32,000 nucleotides of DNA from Candidatus Saccharimonadota bacterium (GTDB taxonomy: Bacteria; Bacteroidota; Bacteroidia; Flavobacteriales; Blattabacteriaceae), in the NCBI RefSeq assembly GCF_033372575.1, contig NZ_CP104094.1, positions 46,355 to 78,354 of the forward strand. Direction: 5' to 3'. The notes under the pieces were generated by a model. The model made no database searches, had not been told where the DNA came from, and was given only the letters and a program-made list of their open reading frames with translations. The position numbers were made by a program, and so were the translations under genes. Below, piece after piece: positions 8,550-17,827 of this stretch. How positions within the stretch are numbered: position 1 is the first letter of the stretch; each line of letters starts with the position of its first letter.

Positions 8550-11500
8550 TTAATTTTTAATTATATCAAAATATATTTTTTTATTATTATAAATAATAAA
8601 ATATTTATTATTAATATTTTTATAAATTATTTTGTTAGTTAATGTATCTTTACTAATAATATTATTATATTTAAAAATTATTTTAAATATATAATATTTA
8701 ATATTTTTATTTATAATAATATTAATTTTATCAGTTAAAAAATAATTTTTTTCTTTTCTTAAAATTTGAATTTTTCTAATTAAATCTCTAATAAAACATT
8801 CATTTTTTAAATCATTAGTAATATTTATATCTAAAATAATAATAATATTATTTTTAGAATACATAATAATATTATTATTTATATTTTCATGCTCTATAAA
8901 AATTTCATTTAATTTAATTTTTATTTTATTATTTTTAATATTTAAATTGATATATTTATTATTATAAAATTTTTCTATTTCTTTTTGATTTAATTTATTT
9001 AATAATTCAGAAATTTTATTAATATTATTTTTATATTTTGGACCTAATATTTTATAATTTAATTTTATTTTTTTTTTTATATATTTTTTTATTTTATTAA
9101 TATTTATAAAATTAATATTTTTAATATTAACTTCATTTTTTAATAAATTTATAATTTCTTTATTTTTAAAAAATTTATTATTATGTTTATTTTTTACTAT
9201 ATATACATTATTTAAAGGTTGTCTAACTTTTATATTTTTTTTTTTTCTTAAAGATAATATAATAGTAGAATATTTTTTAATATATAACATATTTTTTTCT
9301 ATAGAATAATTAATATATTTATTTTTATATTTTGGAAATGATTGTAATATTATATTTACTTTATTTTTTTTTTCAATATAATATAATTTTTTATTTAAAT
9401 ATTCCATAACAAATGGAGATATTGGATAAGATATTTTAAATATTTGTTTTAAACATATATATAAAATATTATAAGCTGATATTTTATCATTATCATATTT
9501 TTTTTTCCAAAATCTTTTTCTTGATAATCTAATATACCAATTACTTAAATCATTAATAACAAAATTATATATATTTCTAGCTATAGAAGTAATATTATAT
9601 AATTTATAATTTTTATAAGTTTTTAATAATAATTTATTAATCTTTGATAATATCCAATAATCAATATATTTTTTTTTATATTTATCTTTAATATTAAAAT
9701 TATCAATTTTAGAATAATTATAAAAAAATATAAATATATTATATAATGTATTAAAAAATTTATTTTTTATTTTTTTTATATTATTAATATTAAATTTTAA
9801 ATTTTCCCATGGTAAATTATTATAAACCATATACCATCTTATACAATCTGGTCCATATTTTTTAATAATTTTAAATGGATCTATTGTATTTCCTTTACTT
9901 TTTGACATTTTTTTACCATTTTTATCTAAAATTATTCCTAATGGTAATACATTTTTATAAGATATAGAATTTGAAATAATAGTTGATATAGTATGTAATG
10001 TAAAAAACCAACCTCTAGTTTGATCAATACCTTCTGTTATAAAATCATAAGGTAATATTAATTTTTTTTTTTTAAAAGGATAATTATGTTGAGCATAAGG
10101 AGAAACTCCAGAATCAAACCATACATCAATTACATCTGGTTCTCTATACATTTTTTTATCTTTTTTTGAAGATAAAATAATATTATCAATAAAATGTTTA
10201 TGTAAATCAATATTATTTTTTAAAGGATTTATTTTCATAAATCCTAATTTTATTGATTTTTTAATTTCTTTATTTAATTCTTTTAATGATCCTATAACTA
10301 TAAATTCTTTTTCATTTTTAGTTTTCCATATTGGTAATGGAGTTCCCCAAAATCTAGATCTTGAAATATTCCAATTTTTTATATTTTTTAACCAATTTTT
10401 AAATTTATTTTTTATAAAATTAGTAGAACACCAATTTATATTATTACTTAATTTAATTAATTTATTTTTTATTTTTTTTAAATTTATAAACCATGATTTT
10501 ATTGGATAATATATAATTGGTTTATTAGTTCTCCAACAATGTGGATATAAATGTTTATATTTTTTTATTTTTAATATTTTTTTTTTTTTTTTTAAATATT
10601 TTATTATTATTTTATCTACTGAAAATTTTTTATTTTTATAATATTCTTTTTTAATATATTTTCCCCCCAATCCTAATGGAACTTGTTTTATAAATTTACC
10701 ATTATTATCTACTATAGGATAGAAATTATCAATATTATTTAATTTAGCTATTTCAAAATCTTCTTTACCATAATTTGGTGCTATATGTATAATACCTGTA
10801 CCTACGTTTTTTTTTATTATATTCAATGTATCATTAATTATTAAAAAATTATTTTTTTTATTATCTATTGGTTTAAACCATTTAATTAATTGTTTATATT
10901 TTAAACCAATTAATTTTTTACCTAAAAATTTTAATAATATTTTATATTTTTTATTATTTAATATTTTTTTTATTGAATATTTAGATAAAATTATATAAAT
11001 ATATTTAAAATCATATATATTATATATTTTTACTAAATAATAATACATATCATGTTTTACCAATAATGCAGAATTAGATGGTAAAGTCCATGGTGTTGTA
11101 GTCCAAGCTAATAAATATATATTTTTTTTTTTAAAAAAATTATTATTTTTTAACTCAAAAAATACATATATTGAAATATCAATAATTGGTTTATGAGTAT
11201 ATGGAAAATTAAGTTCTTGATAACTAATTGGTGTACCAGCTATAGGGGAATATGGTAATACTTTATATTCTTTATATAATAAATTTTTATTATATATTTT
11301 TTTTATTATCCACCAAATACTTTCTATATATTTATTAGAATAAGTAATATAATAATTTTTTTTATTAAAAAAATAACCAATATTATTAGTAAATTTTTTC
11401 CATATAATTAAATTTTTTTTTATAAATTTTTTACAATTTTTATTGAATAATTTAACAGTAATTTTTTTTCCTATATCTTTTTTTTTAATTTTTAATAGTT

Positions 11501-11759
11501 TTTCAACTTCTATTTCAATAGGTAAACCATGAGTGTCCCATCCTAATTTAGATATTACTTTATAATTATTCATTGTATAAAATCTATATATAATATCTTT
11601 AATTATTCTAGCGAATATATGATGTACTCCTGGTTTTCCATTCATTGAAGGTGGACCATCCAATATAATAAATTTTTTTTTATTTTTTTTAGAATAAAAT
11701 AAAATTTTTTTTTTTTTCCAATTATTAAATATTTTTTTATAAATTTTATATAAATTCAC
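8550..11759 (-). CDS. ileS: isoleucyl-tRNA synthetase (long, type 2)
   Basis: Motifs FIILDGPPSMNGKPGVHH (HIGH region), WDTHGLPIE and KMSKSKGN are present, at ~1070 aa. The track ORF (to 11846, TTG) reads through tRNA-Glu. The first canonical start after the tRNA is GTG at 11759, giving (M)NLYKIYKKIFNNWKKKKILFY. Start confidence is lower than gene confidence. Confidence 0.88.
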   Translation of the reverse strand: MNLYKIYKKIFNNWKKKKILFYSKKNKKKFIILDGPPSMNGKPGVHHIFARIIKDIIYRFYTMNNYKVISKLGWDTHGLPIEIEVEKLLKIKKKDIGKKITVKLFNKNCKKFIKKNLIIWKKFTNNIGYFFNKKNYYITYSNKYIESIWWIIKKIYNKNLLYKEYKVLPYSPIAGTPISYQELNFPYTHKPIIDISIYVFFELKNNNFFKKKNIYLLAWTTTPWTLPSNSALLVKHDMYYYLVKIYNIYDFKYIYIILSKYSIKKILNNKKYKILLKFLGKKLIGLKYKQLIKWFKPIDNKKNNFLIINDTLNIIKKNVGTGIIHIAPNYGKEDFEIAKLNNIDNFYPIVDNNGKFIKQVPLGLGGKYIKKEYYKNKKFSVDKIIIKYLKKKKKILKIKKYKHLYPHCWRTNKPIIYYPIKSWFINLKKIKNKLIKLSNNINWCSTNFIKNKFKNWLKNIKNWNISRSRFWGTPLPIWKTKNEKEFIVIGSLKELNKEIKKSIKLGFMKINPLKNNIDLHKHFIDNIILSSKKDKKMYREPDVIDVWFDSGVSPYAQHNYPFKKKKLILPYDFITEGIDQTRGWFFTLHTISTIISNSISYKNVLPLGIILDKNGKKMSKSKGNTIDPFKIIKKYGPDCIRWYMVYNNLPWENLKFNINNIKKIKNKFFNTLYNIFIFFYNYSKIDNFNIKDKYKKKYIDYWILSKINKLLLKTYKNYKLYNITSIARNIYNFVINDLSNWYIRLSRKRFWKKKYDNDKISAYNILYICLKQIFKISYPISPFVMEYLNKKLYYIEKKNKVNIILQSFPKYKNKYINYSIEKNMLYIKKYSTIILSLRKKKNIKVRQPLNNVYIVKNKHNNKFFKNKEIINLLKNEVNIKNINFININKIKKYIKKKIKLNYKILGPKYKNNINKISELLNKLNQKEIEKFYNNKYINLNIKNNKIKIKLNEIFIEHENINNNIIMYSKNNIIIILDINITNDLKNECFIRDLIRKIQILRKEKNYFLTDKINIIINKNIKYYIFKIIFKYNNIISKDTLTNKIIYKNINNKYFIIYNNKKIYFDIIKN

Positions 11760-11788
11760 AATATTATAATTATATAAAATTTTTATTA

Positions 11789-11860
11789 TAGCCCATAGGG
11801 GAATTGAACCCCTCTTTCCAGAATGAAAATCTGACGTCCTAACCAATAGACTAATGGGCT
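11789..11860 (-). tRNA. tRNA-Glu (anticodon UUC)
   Basis: Hand-folded sequence: AGCCCAT-TA-GTCT-ATTGGTTA-GGAC-G-TCAGA-TTTTCAT-TCTGG-AAAG-AGGGG-TTCAATT-CCCCT-ATGGGCT-A. The acceptor stem is a perfect 7 bp. No CCA is encoded. Confidence 0.88.
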
Positions 11861-11900
11861 ATATTATAAAATATATATAAAAAATAAATATGGATAATTT

Positions 11901-13157
11901 TTAATTTTTAATATGTTTATAATAATAACCTAGTTTTTTTAAATCTTTCCAAAAATTATGATAAGATTTATTAACAGTATTAGGATTTTTAATAATTATA
12001 TTTTTATTTTTATATTTTATAGGTAAAATAGAAAATGCCATAGCTATTCTATGATCTTTATAAGTTTTTATAATAATATTATTTTTTTTAATATTTATAA
12101 ATTTTATTATTTCTATAGAATCATTAGTAATATAAGTAATAGTTCCAGTTTTTTTTAATTCATTATGTAAAGCTATTAATCTATCAGTTTCTTTAATTTT
12201 TAAAGTGTTTAATCCAGTTAATAAACATTTTATTTTTAATAAAGAACATGTTAATATAATTGTAGGAGCTATATCAGGAGTAGATTTTAAATTTAAATTA
12301 ATATATTTAGGAAATTTAAAGTTTTTTTTTTTTTTAATTATTATACTTTTATTTTTAAATTTAGTATTAATTCCAAAATATTTTTTATATATATTAGCTA
12401 TTTTACTATCACCTTGTAAACTATTTTTATAAAATTTTTTTAATTTTAAAGTAATATTTTTTAAAAATGTAATTATAGAATAAAAATAAGATGCTGAACT
12501 CCAATCAGATTCTATATAATATTTTATATTATTTTTAATATTTTTAATATTTTTTATATATATAATGTTATTTTTTAATTTTAATTTTATTTTTAATTTT
12601 TTTAAAATTTTTATAGTCATATTAATATACGAAAATGAAGTTTTATTATTTTTTAAAATTATTTTTAATCCTTTTTTTAATTTTGGACCTATTAAAATTA
12701 AAGAAGTAATATACTGACTACTAATATTTGAATTAATACTAATTTCATTTTTATTTAATTTTTTTCCAATTATTTTGATTGGTGGATAACCTATTTTTTC
12801 AATATATTTTATATTTGCTCCTAATTTATTTAAAGCATCAACAAGATGAAAAATAGGTCTATTTTTCATTCTTTTTGTACCAGTTAAAATAACATTTTTA
12901 TTATTTTGTATTGCGAAATAAGATATTAAAAATCTCATTACTGTTCCAGCATCTTTAATATTAATTATTTTTTTATTTGATTTTAAAGAATTAATTAAAA
13001 TTTTAGTATCTCTAGAATTAGATAAATTAAATAATTTAATATTATTAAATAATTTATTAATTATTAATTATCTATTAGATTCACTTTTAGAACCATTAAT
13101 ATTAATATTAATATTTTTATTTTTAGGTTTATTATATTTAATTTTTAAATAAATCAT
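11901..13157 (-). pseudogene. aroA: 3-phosphoshikimate 1-carboxyvinyltransferase (EPSP synthase) interrupted by one in-frame TAA at codon 30 (13068..13070)
   Basis: The track ORF 11901..12938 begins inside the conserved DAGTVMRFL loop. Translating upstream in the same frame gives MIYLKIKYNKPKNKNININING-SKSESNR-*-LIINKL...SRDTKILINSLKSNKKIINIKDAGTVMRFL, which contains the GSKSxSNR motif. The ATG at 13155..13157 overlaps the mnmG stop (TAATG). The total is 419 codons including the stops. Confidence 0.85.
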
Positions 13158-14977
13158 TATTTTATATATATTATTAATATATTTATATCAGATGGTGTAA
13201 TACCACTAATTCTAGATGCTTGACCTATTGATAAAGGACGAAAATAATTTAATTTTTCTTGAGCTTCTTTTGATAATGATTTAATTTTAAAATAATTAAA
13301 TTTTTTAGGAATTTTAAAATTTTCTAATTTTTTCATTAATTTAACTATTTTTTTTTCTTTTTTTATATAATATTCATATTTAATATAATTAGAGATTATA
13401 TGTTTATATTTAATAATATATTTAATATTTTTTTTAATAAATTTATTATTTTTTAATAATTTAATTATATAATCAATAGTAATTTTAGGTATTAATAATA
13501 ATTTTTTTATATTTATTTTTTTATTATTAAAAATAATATTTTTATTTTTTAAATAATTAATAATTATTTTTATTTTTTTTTTTTTTTTAATTACTTTTTT
13601 AAAATTTTTTTTTTTTATAAGTCCTAATTTATAACCTTTTTTAGTTAATCTAATATCTGCATTATCTTGTCTTAATAAAATTCTATATTCAGCTCTAGAA
13701 GTAAAAATTCTATAAGGTTCTTTAGTACCTTTATTTACTAAATCATCAATTAAAACTCCTATATAAGATTCATTTCTTTTTAATATAAAAGGTTTTTTAT
13801 TATTTATTTTTAAATAAGAATTTATACCTGCTATTAAACCTTGACATGCTGCTTCTTCATAACCAGTAGTTCCATTTATTTGACCAGCAAAAAATAAATT
13901 ATTAATTTTTTTTGTTTCTAATGTTAATTTTAATTGTATAGGATTAAAGTAATCATATTCTACAGCATAACCATATTGTATAATTTTTACATTTTCTAAT
14001 CCTTTTATAGTTTTTATTGATTTATATTGAATATTTTTAGGTAAACTAGTTGAAAAGCCATTAATATAAATAATATTGCTATTCCATCCATCTGGTTCAA
14101 TAAATATTTGGTGTTTATTTTTATTTTTAAATTTTAATACTTTATCTTCAATAGAAGGACAATATCTAGGGCCATTATTATTTATAATACCATTAAAAAT
14201 AGGGGATTTATGAATATTTTTAATGATTATATTATGAGTTTTAGGATTAGTAAATGTAATATAACATTTTTTTTGTTTTTTTAATTTTTTTTTTTTAAAA
14301 AATGAAAAATTATTATTATTTTTATCACCTTTTTGTTTTAATAATTTTTTAAAATTAATAGTATTTTTTAAAATTCTAGGTGATGTACCTGTTTTCATTT
14401 TATTATATATAATACCATGTTTTTTTAATTGTTCACTAATACCTATAGAAGATTTTTCATTTATTCTACCCCCATTATAAGATTTATTTCCAATACATAT
14501 TTTACCATTTAAAAATGTACCATTAGTTAATATTACTGATTTACTAAATATTTTATTATTATTTTTAGTTATTACACCTAAAATAATTTTATTTTTAATA
14601 ATTAATTTAATTACTATATCTTGTAAAATATTTATTTTTTTTTTTTTTAATATTTTTAAAATATTTTTAATATATAATTTTCTATCTATTTGTGCTCTTG
14701 GACTCCACATTGCTGGCCCTTTAGATTTATTTAACATTCTAAATTGTATCATAGAATTATCAGCTAATTTTCCCATATAACCACCTAATGCATCAATTTC
14801 TCTTACTATTTGACCTTTTCCTATACCACCAATAGAAGGATTACATGACATTTTTCCAATAGAATTAATATTCATAGTAATTAATAAAGAATTAGCCCCT
14901 AATTTATAGGAAGCTAATATAGCTTCTATTCCTGAATGTCCACCACCAACTATTATAATATCATATTTTTTATTCAT
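13157..14977 (-). CDS. mnmG: tRNA uridine 5-carboxymethylaminomethyl modification enzyme MnmG (GidA)
   Basis: 606-aa ORF with YDIIIVGGGHSGIEA (FAD-binding motif), MSCNPSIGGIGKGQIVREIDALGG, GPRYCPSIEDK and FFAGQINGTTGYEEAA. Confidence 0.92.
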   Translation of the reverse strand: MNKKYDIIIVGGGHSGIEAILASYKLGANSLLITMNINSIGKMSCNPSIGGIGKGQIVREIDALGGYMGKLADNSMIQFRMLNKSKGPAMWSPRAQIDRKLYIKNILKILKKKKINILQDIVIKLIIKNKIILGVITKNNNKIFSKSVILTNGTFLNGKICIGNKSYNGGRINEKSSIGISEQLKKHGIIYNKMKTGTSPRILKNTINFKKLLKQKGDKNNNNFSFFKKKKLKKQKKCYITFTNPKTHNIIIKNIHKSPIFNGIINNNGPRYCPSIEDKVLKFKNKNKHQIFIEPDGWNSNIIYINGFSTSLPKNIQYKSIKTIKGLENVKIIQYGYAVEYDYFNPIQLKLTLETKKINNLFFAGQINGTTGYEEAACQGLIAGINSYLKINNKKPFILKRNESYIGVLIDDLVNKGTKEPYRIFTSRAEYRILLRQDNADIRLTKKGYKLGLIKKKNFKKVIKKKKKIKIIINYLKNKNIIFNNKKINIKKLLLIPKITIDYIIKLLKNNKFIKKNIKYIIKYKHIISNYIKYEYYIKKEKKIVKLMKKLENFKIPKKFNYFKIKSLSKEAQEKLNYFRPLSIGQASRISGITPSDINILIIYIK

Positions 14978-15417
14978 ATAAAATTTAATTTTGATTTTTT
15001 AAAAAAATATTTATAAAAATAAAAATTTTGTTTATAATTCATAATTTTTAAAGATTTTTTATCAATATCATTATAACCAATTAAATGTAATATAGAGTGA
15101 ATAATTACTATTTTAATTTCTGTATCAAAACCTTGTTTCCATATAATAGAATTATATAATACTTGATCATAACTAATAAAAATATCTCCGTATAATATAT
15201 TTTTATTATTCGAATAATTAAAACTAATAGTATCAGTATAATAGGATTTATTTAAAAATTTACTATTTATTTCTAATATATATTTATTATTACAAAATAT
15301 ATAATTTACTTTATAAAGTTTTTTATTTTCTTTATAAATAATTTTTTTAATAATTTGTTTAATTTGTTTAATATTATAAATAGTAATTTTTTTATTATAA
15401 ATAAAAAATTTAATCAT
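14974..15417 (-). CDS. ybeY: rRNA maturation endoribonuclease YbeY
   Basis: 147-aa ORF with the metal-binding motif HSILHLIGYND (H..LH..GY.H family). The TGA stop overlaps the mnmG ATG (ATGA). Confidence 0.8.
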   Translation of the reverse strand: MIKFFIYNKKITIYNIKQIKQIIKKIIYKENKKLYKVNYIFCNNKYILEINSKFLNKSYYTDTISFNYSNNKNILYGDIFISYDQVLYNSIIWKQGFDTEIKIVIIHSILHLIGYNDIDKKSLKIMNYKQNFYFYKYFFKKSKLNFI

Positions 15418-16411
15418 GTTATTTAATAATTTAATAGATAATATTAATGTAATTTGTATAAGTGGTAATGGTGGAAATGGTAAAGTACATTTTACTTATA
15501 AAAATAAAAAAATAGGTAAACCTGATGGTGGAAATGGAGGGAATGGTGGAAATATAATATTTATAAGTGATAAAAATATTTTTACATTATTTAATATAAA
15601 AAAAATTTATAAAGCTTATAATGGAGAAAATGGTAAAAATAATTGTAAAACTGGTAAAAATGGTAAAAATTGTATAATAAAAATTCCAATAGGTACAAAA
15701 TTGATTTATATTGATAAAAATAAAATAAAAAAAATAAATTTTAATAAAAATAATATAAGAAAAATAATATTATTAGGAGGTAACGGAGGAAAAGGTAATT
15801 ATTTTTATAAAAAATCTAATGATCAAAAAACTAAAAAATATACTAATGGTAAAAAGGGAATTAATAAAAATATAAAATTAATTTTAAATATAAAAGTTGA
15901 TATTGGAATAGTAGGATTTCCAAATACTGGAAAATCTACGATATTATCTTTATTAACTAATAATAAACCTAATATAGATAATTATAATTTTACTACTATA
16001 ACTCCAAATTTAGGTATATATAATAATTATAAAAAATATAATATTATTATAATGGATTTACCAGCTATTATAGAAAAATCTTATAAAGGTAAAGGAATAG
16101 GAAATAAATATTTAAGACATATAAAAAATTATAAATTATTATTATTAGTAATTAATTATATTTCAATAAAAGATTTTATTTATCAATTAATAACTTTAAA
16201 AAAAGAATTATATAAAAGTAATGTAAAAATTAATAAAAAAAAAACTATTATTATTTTATCTAAATCTGATAAATTAAATAAAAAATTAATTAATATTGTT
16301 AGTAATTTTTTAAAAAAAAATAAATATTATTATTGTTTTTTTTCTAAAAAAAAAAAAAAATTATATTTAAATTTAATTAAAAAAATTAATTATTTTTTTA
16401 AATTTAAATAA
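15416..16411 (+). CDS. obg: GTPase Obg/CgtA
   Basis: 331-aa ORF. The Gly-rich Obg fold is present (GNGGNGKVHF, PDGGNGGNGGNIIF, GGNGGKGN), as is the G domain (GFPNTGKSTILS, DLPAIIE). It contains an A15 run (16346..16360). Confidence 0.9.
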   Translation: MLFNNLIDNINVICISGNGGNGKVHFTYKNKKIGKPDGGNGGNGGNIIFISDKNIFTLFNIKKIYKAYNGENGKNNCKTGKNGKNCIIKIPIGTKLIYIDKNKIKKINFNKNNIRKIILLGGNGGKGNYFYKKSNDQKTKKYTNGKKGINKNIKLILNIKVDIGIVGFPNTGKSTILSLLTNNKPNIDNYNFTTITPNLGIYNNYKKYNIIIMDLPAIIEKSYKGKGIGNKYLRHIKNYKLLLLVINYISIKDFIYQLITLKKELYKSNVKINKKKTIIILSKSDKLNKKLINIVSNFLKKNKYYYCFFSKKKKKLYLNLIKKINYFFKFK

Positions 16412-17415
16412 TTAATTAAATATTTTATATCATTAGGTATATCAGTAATAAATTTAATTTTTTTTTTAGTAGTTGGATGTTTAATTGTTAAAGAATAAGC
16501 ATGTAACGCTTGTCTTTGTAAAATATTAAAACAATTATTAATAATATTAGTATATTTAAATTTATTATAAAATTTATTAAAATTATATAATATTTTATTT
16601 CCTCCGTATATATCATCATTAAATATAGGATTTCCAATATAATTAAAATGTACTCTTATTTGATGAGTTCTTCCAGTTTTAATAATACATTTTATTAAAG
16701 TTAAAAACTTATAATTTTTTATTATTTTATATTTAGTAATTGCTAATTTACCATATTTTTTGTTTGAATAAACTCTCATTTTAATTCTATTTTTAATATT
16801 TCTTCCAATATAATTTTTTATTATATTATTATTTTTTCTTGGTTTACCCCATACTAATGCTATATATTTTTTTTTTATTTTTTTATTTAAAAATTGTAAT
16901 CTTAAATTATTATAACTATTAATATTTTTAGCAATTATTAACAAACCAGAAGTATTTTTATCTAATCTATGTAATAAACCGAATCTATAATTTAAATAAT
17001 TTAAATTATTTATTTTTTTTTTTAAAAAATAATATTTTAACCAATTAATTAAAGTATTTTTATAATTTCCATGTCCTGGATGTACAATTAAACCAGGTTG
17101 TTTATTAATAATTAATATATCATTATCTTCATAATGAATATTTATTTTAATATTTTTATTTTTGTAAATATAATTTTTTCTTTTTTTATAAAAAAAATCT
17201 TTTATATAAAAAAAAATTATTTTATCATTAATATTTAATTTATTATTTTTTTTTATTTTCTTATTATTTAATAATACATTACCAATTTTTATATTATTTT
17301 GTATTTTTTTTCTTGAAATTTTTTTTTTTTTAAAATAATTAAATAAATATTTATCAATTCTTATATTTTTTGTAAAATATTTTTTATTTATATATATTAT
17401 TTTTTTTTTTAACAT
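16390..17415 (-). CDS. rluD: RluA-family 23S rRNA pseudouridine synthase (RluD-like)
   Basis: 341-aa ORF with an N-terminal S4-like domain, the catalytic motif HRLDKNTSGLLIIAK, and GRTHQIRVH. It overlaps the obg 3' end convergently by 22 nt. Confidence 0.85.
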   Translation of the reverse strand: MLKKKIIYINKKYFTKNIRIDKYLFNYFKKKKISRKKIQNNIKIGNVLLNNKKIKKNNKLNINDKIIFFYIKDFFYKKRKNYIYKNKNIKINIHYEDNDILIINKQPGLIVHPGHGNYKNTLINWLKYYFLKKKINNLNYLNYRFGLLHRLDKNTSGLLIIAKNINSYNNLRLQFLNKKIKKKYIALVWGKPRKNNNIIKNYIGRNIKNRIKMRVYSNKKYGKLAITKYKIIKNYKFLTLIKCIIKTGRTHQIRVHFNYIGNPIFNDDIYGGNKILYNFNKFYNKFKYTNIINNCFNILQRQALHAYSLTIKHPTTKKKIKFITDIPNDIKYLINYLNLKK

Positions 17416-17428
17416 TTTAAATTTAATA

Positions 17429-17797
17429 TGGAGTTGGCGGGATTTGAACCCGCGTCCATAATAAAAATATTAAATATTTTTTACATATTTATCTAATTTT
17501 AATAAGATTTTTTTTAATAAATTAGCAAATTAATAAAAAAAAATCTTCTATTTTATGTTATTAATATAAAATCTAAAATAGAAAAAATGATTTTATATTT
17601 TGTAAAAATCTTAATTTATTTAATTTATTAAATATTTAATTTAATAAATATCTTGCTCTTAAATCATTTAAGCAGCAAGATTATAATAATTAGTTTTTCC
17701 TTGTATTTATTATAATATTTTTTTAAAGTGTAATATAAAAAACACTATATGAATATTTTAATATCTTTTAATATGTCAAATCCAATTTTACAACCCC
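17429..17797 (-). ncRNA. ssrA: tmRNA (SsrA), predicted tag GKTNYYNLAA
   Basis: The 5' end GGGGTTGTAAAATTGGATTTGACA pairs with the 3' end. The 3' tRNA-like end is GGACGCGGGTTCAAATCCCGCCAACTCCA. The internal frame gga aaa act aat tat tat aat ctt gct gct taa is preceded by an in-frame taa. Confidence 0.88.
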
Positions 17798-17827
17798 TTA
17801 TTAATAATATAATAAATATTATTAAAC

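Noticed and set aside
11760-11846. N-terminal extension of the ileS track ORF (MVRTSDFHSGKRGSIPLWA...)
   Set aside because: This segment is the translation of tRNA-Glu (11789..11860) read in the same direction and starts at a TTG inside the tRNA. The IleRS homology begins only after the GTG at 11759.
12205-12432. 75-aa plus-strand ORF from the track
   Set aside because: It lies entirely antisense within aroA. Its composition is low-complexity F/L/I-rich, as expected from reading the complement of Lys/Asn-rich AT codons. It has no motif.
14974-14977. Possible UGA-to-Trp recoding, as seen in other very AT-rich tiny symbiont genomes
   Set aside because: All long housekeeping ORFs are intact under the standard code. 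The Trp codons I checked (ileS WDTHG, trmD KWRK) are TGG. RF2 is present. TGA closes ybeY in a classic ATGA overlap.
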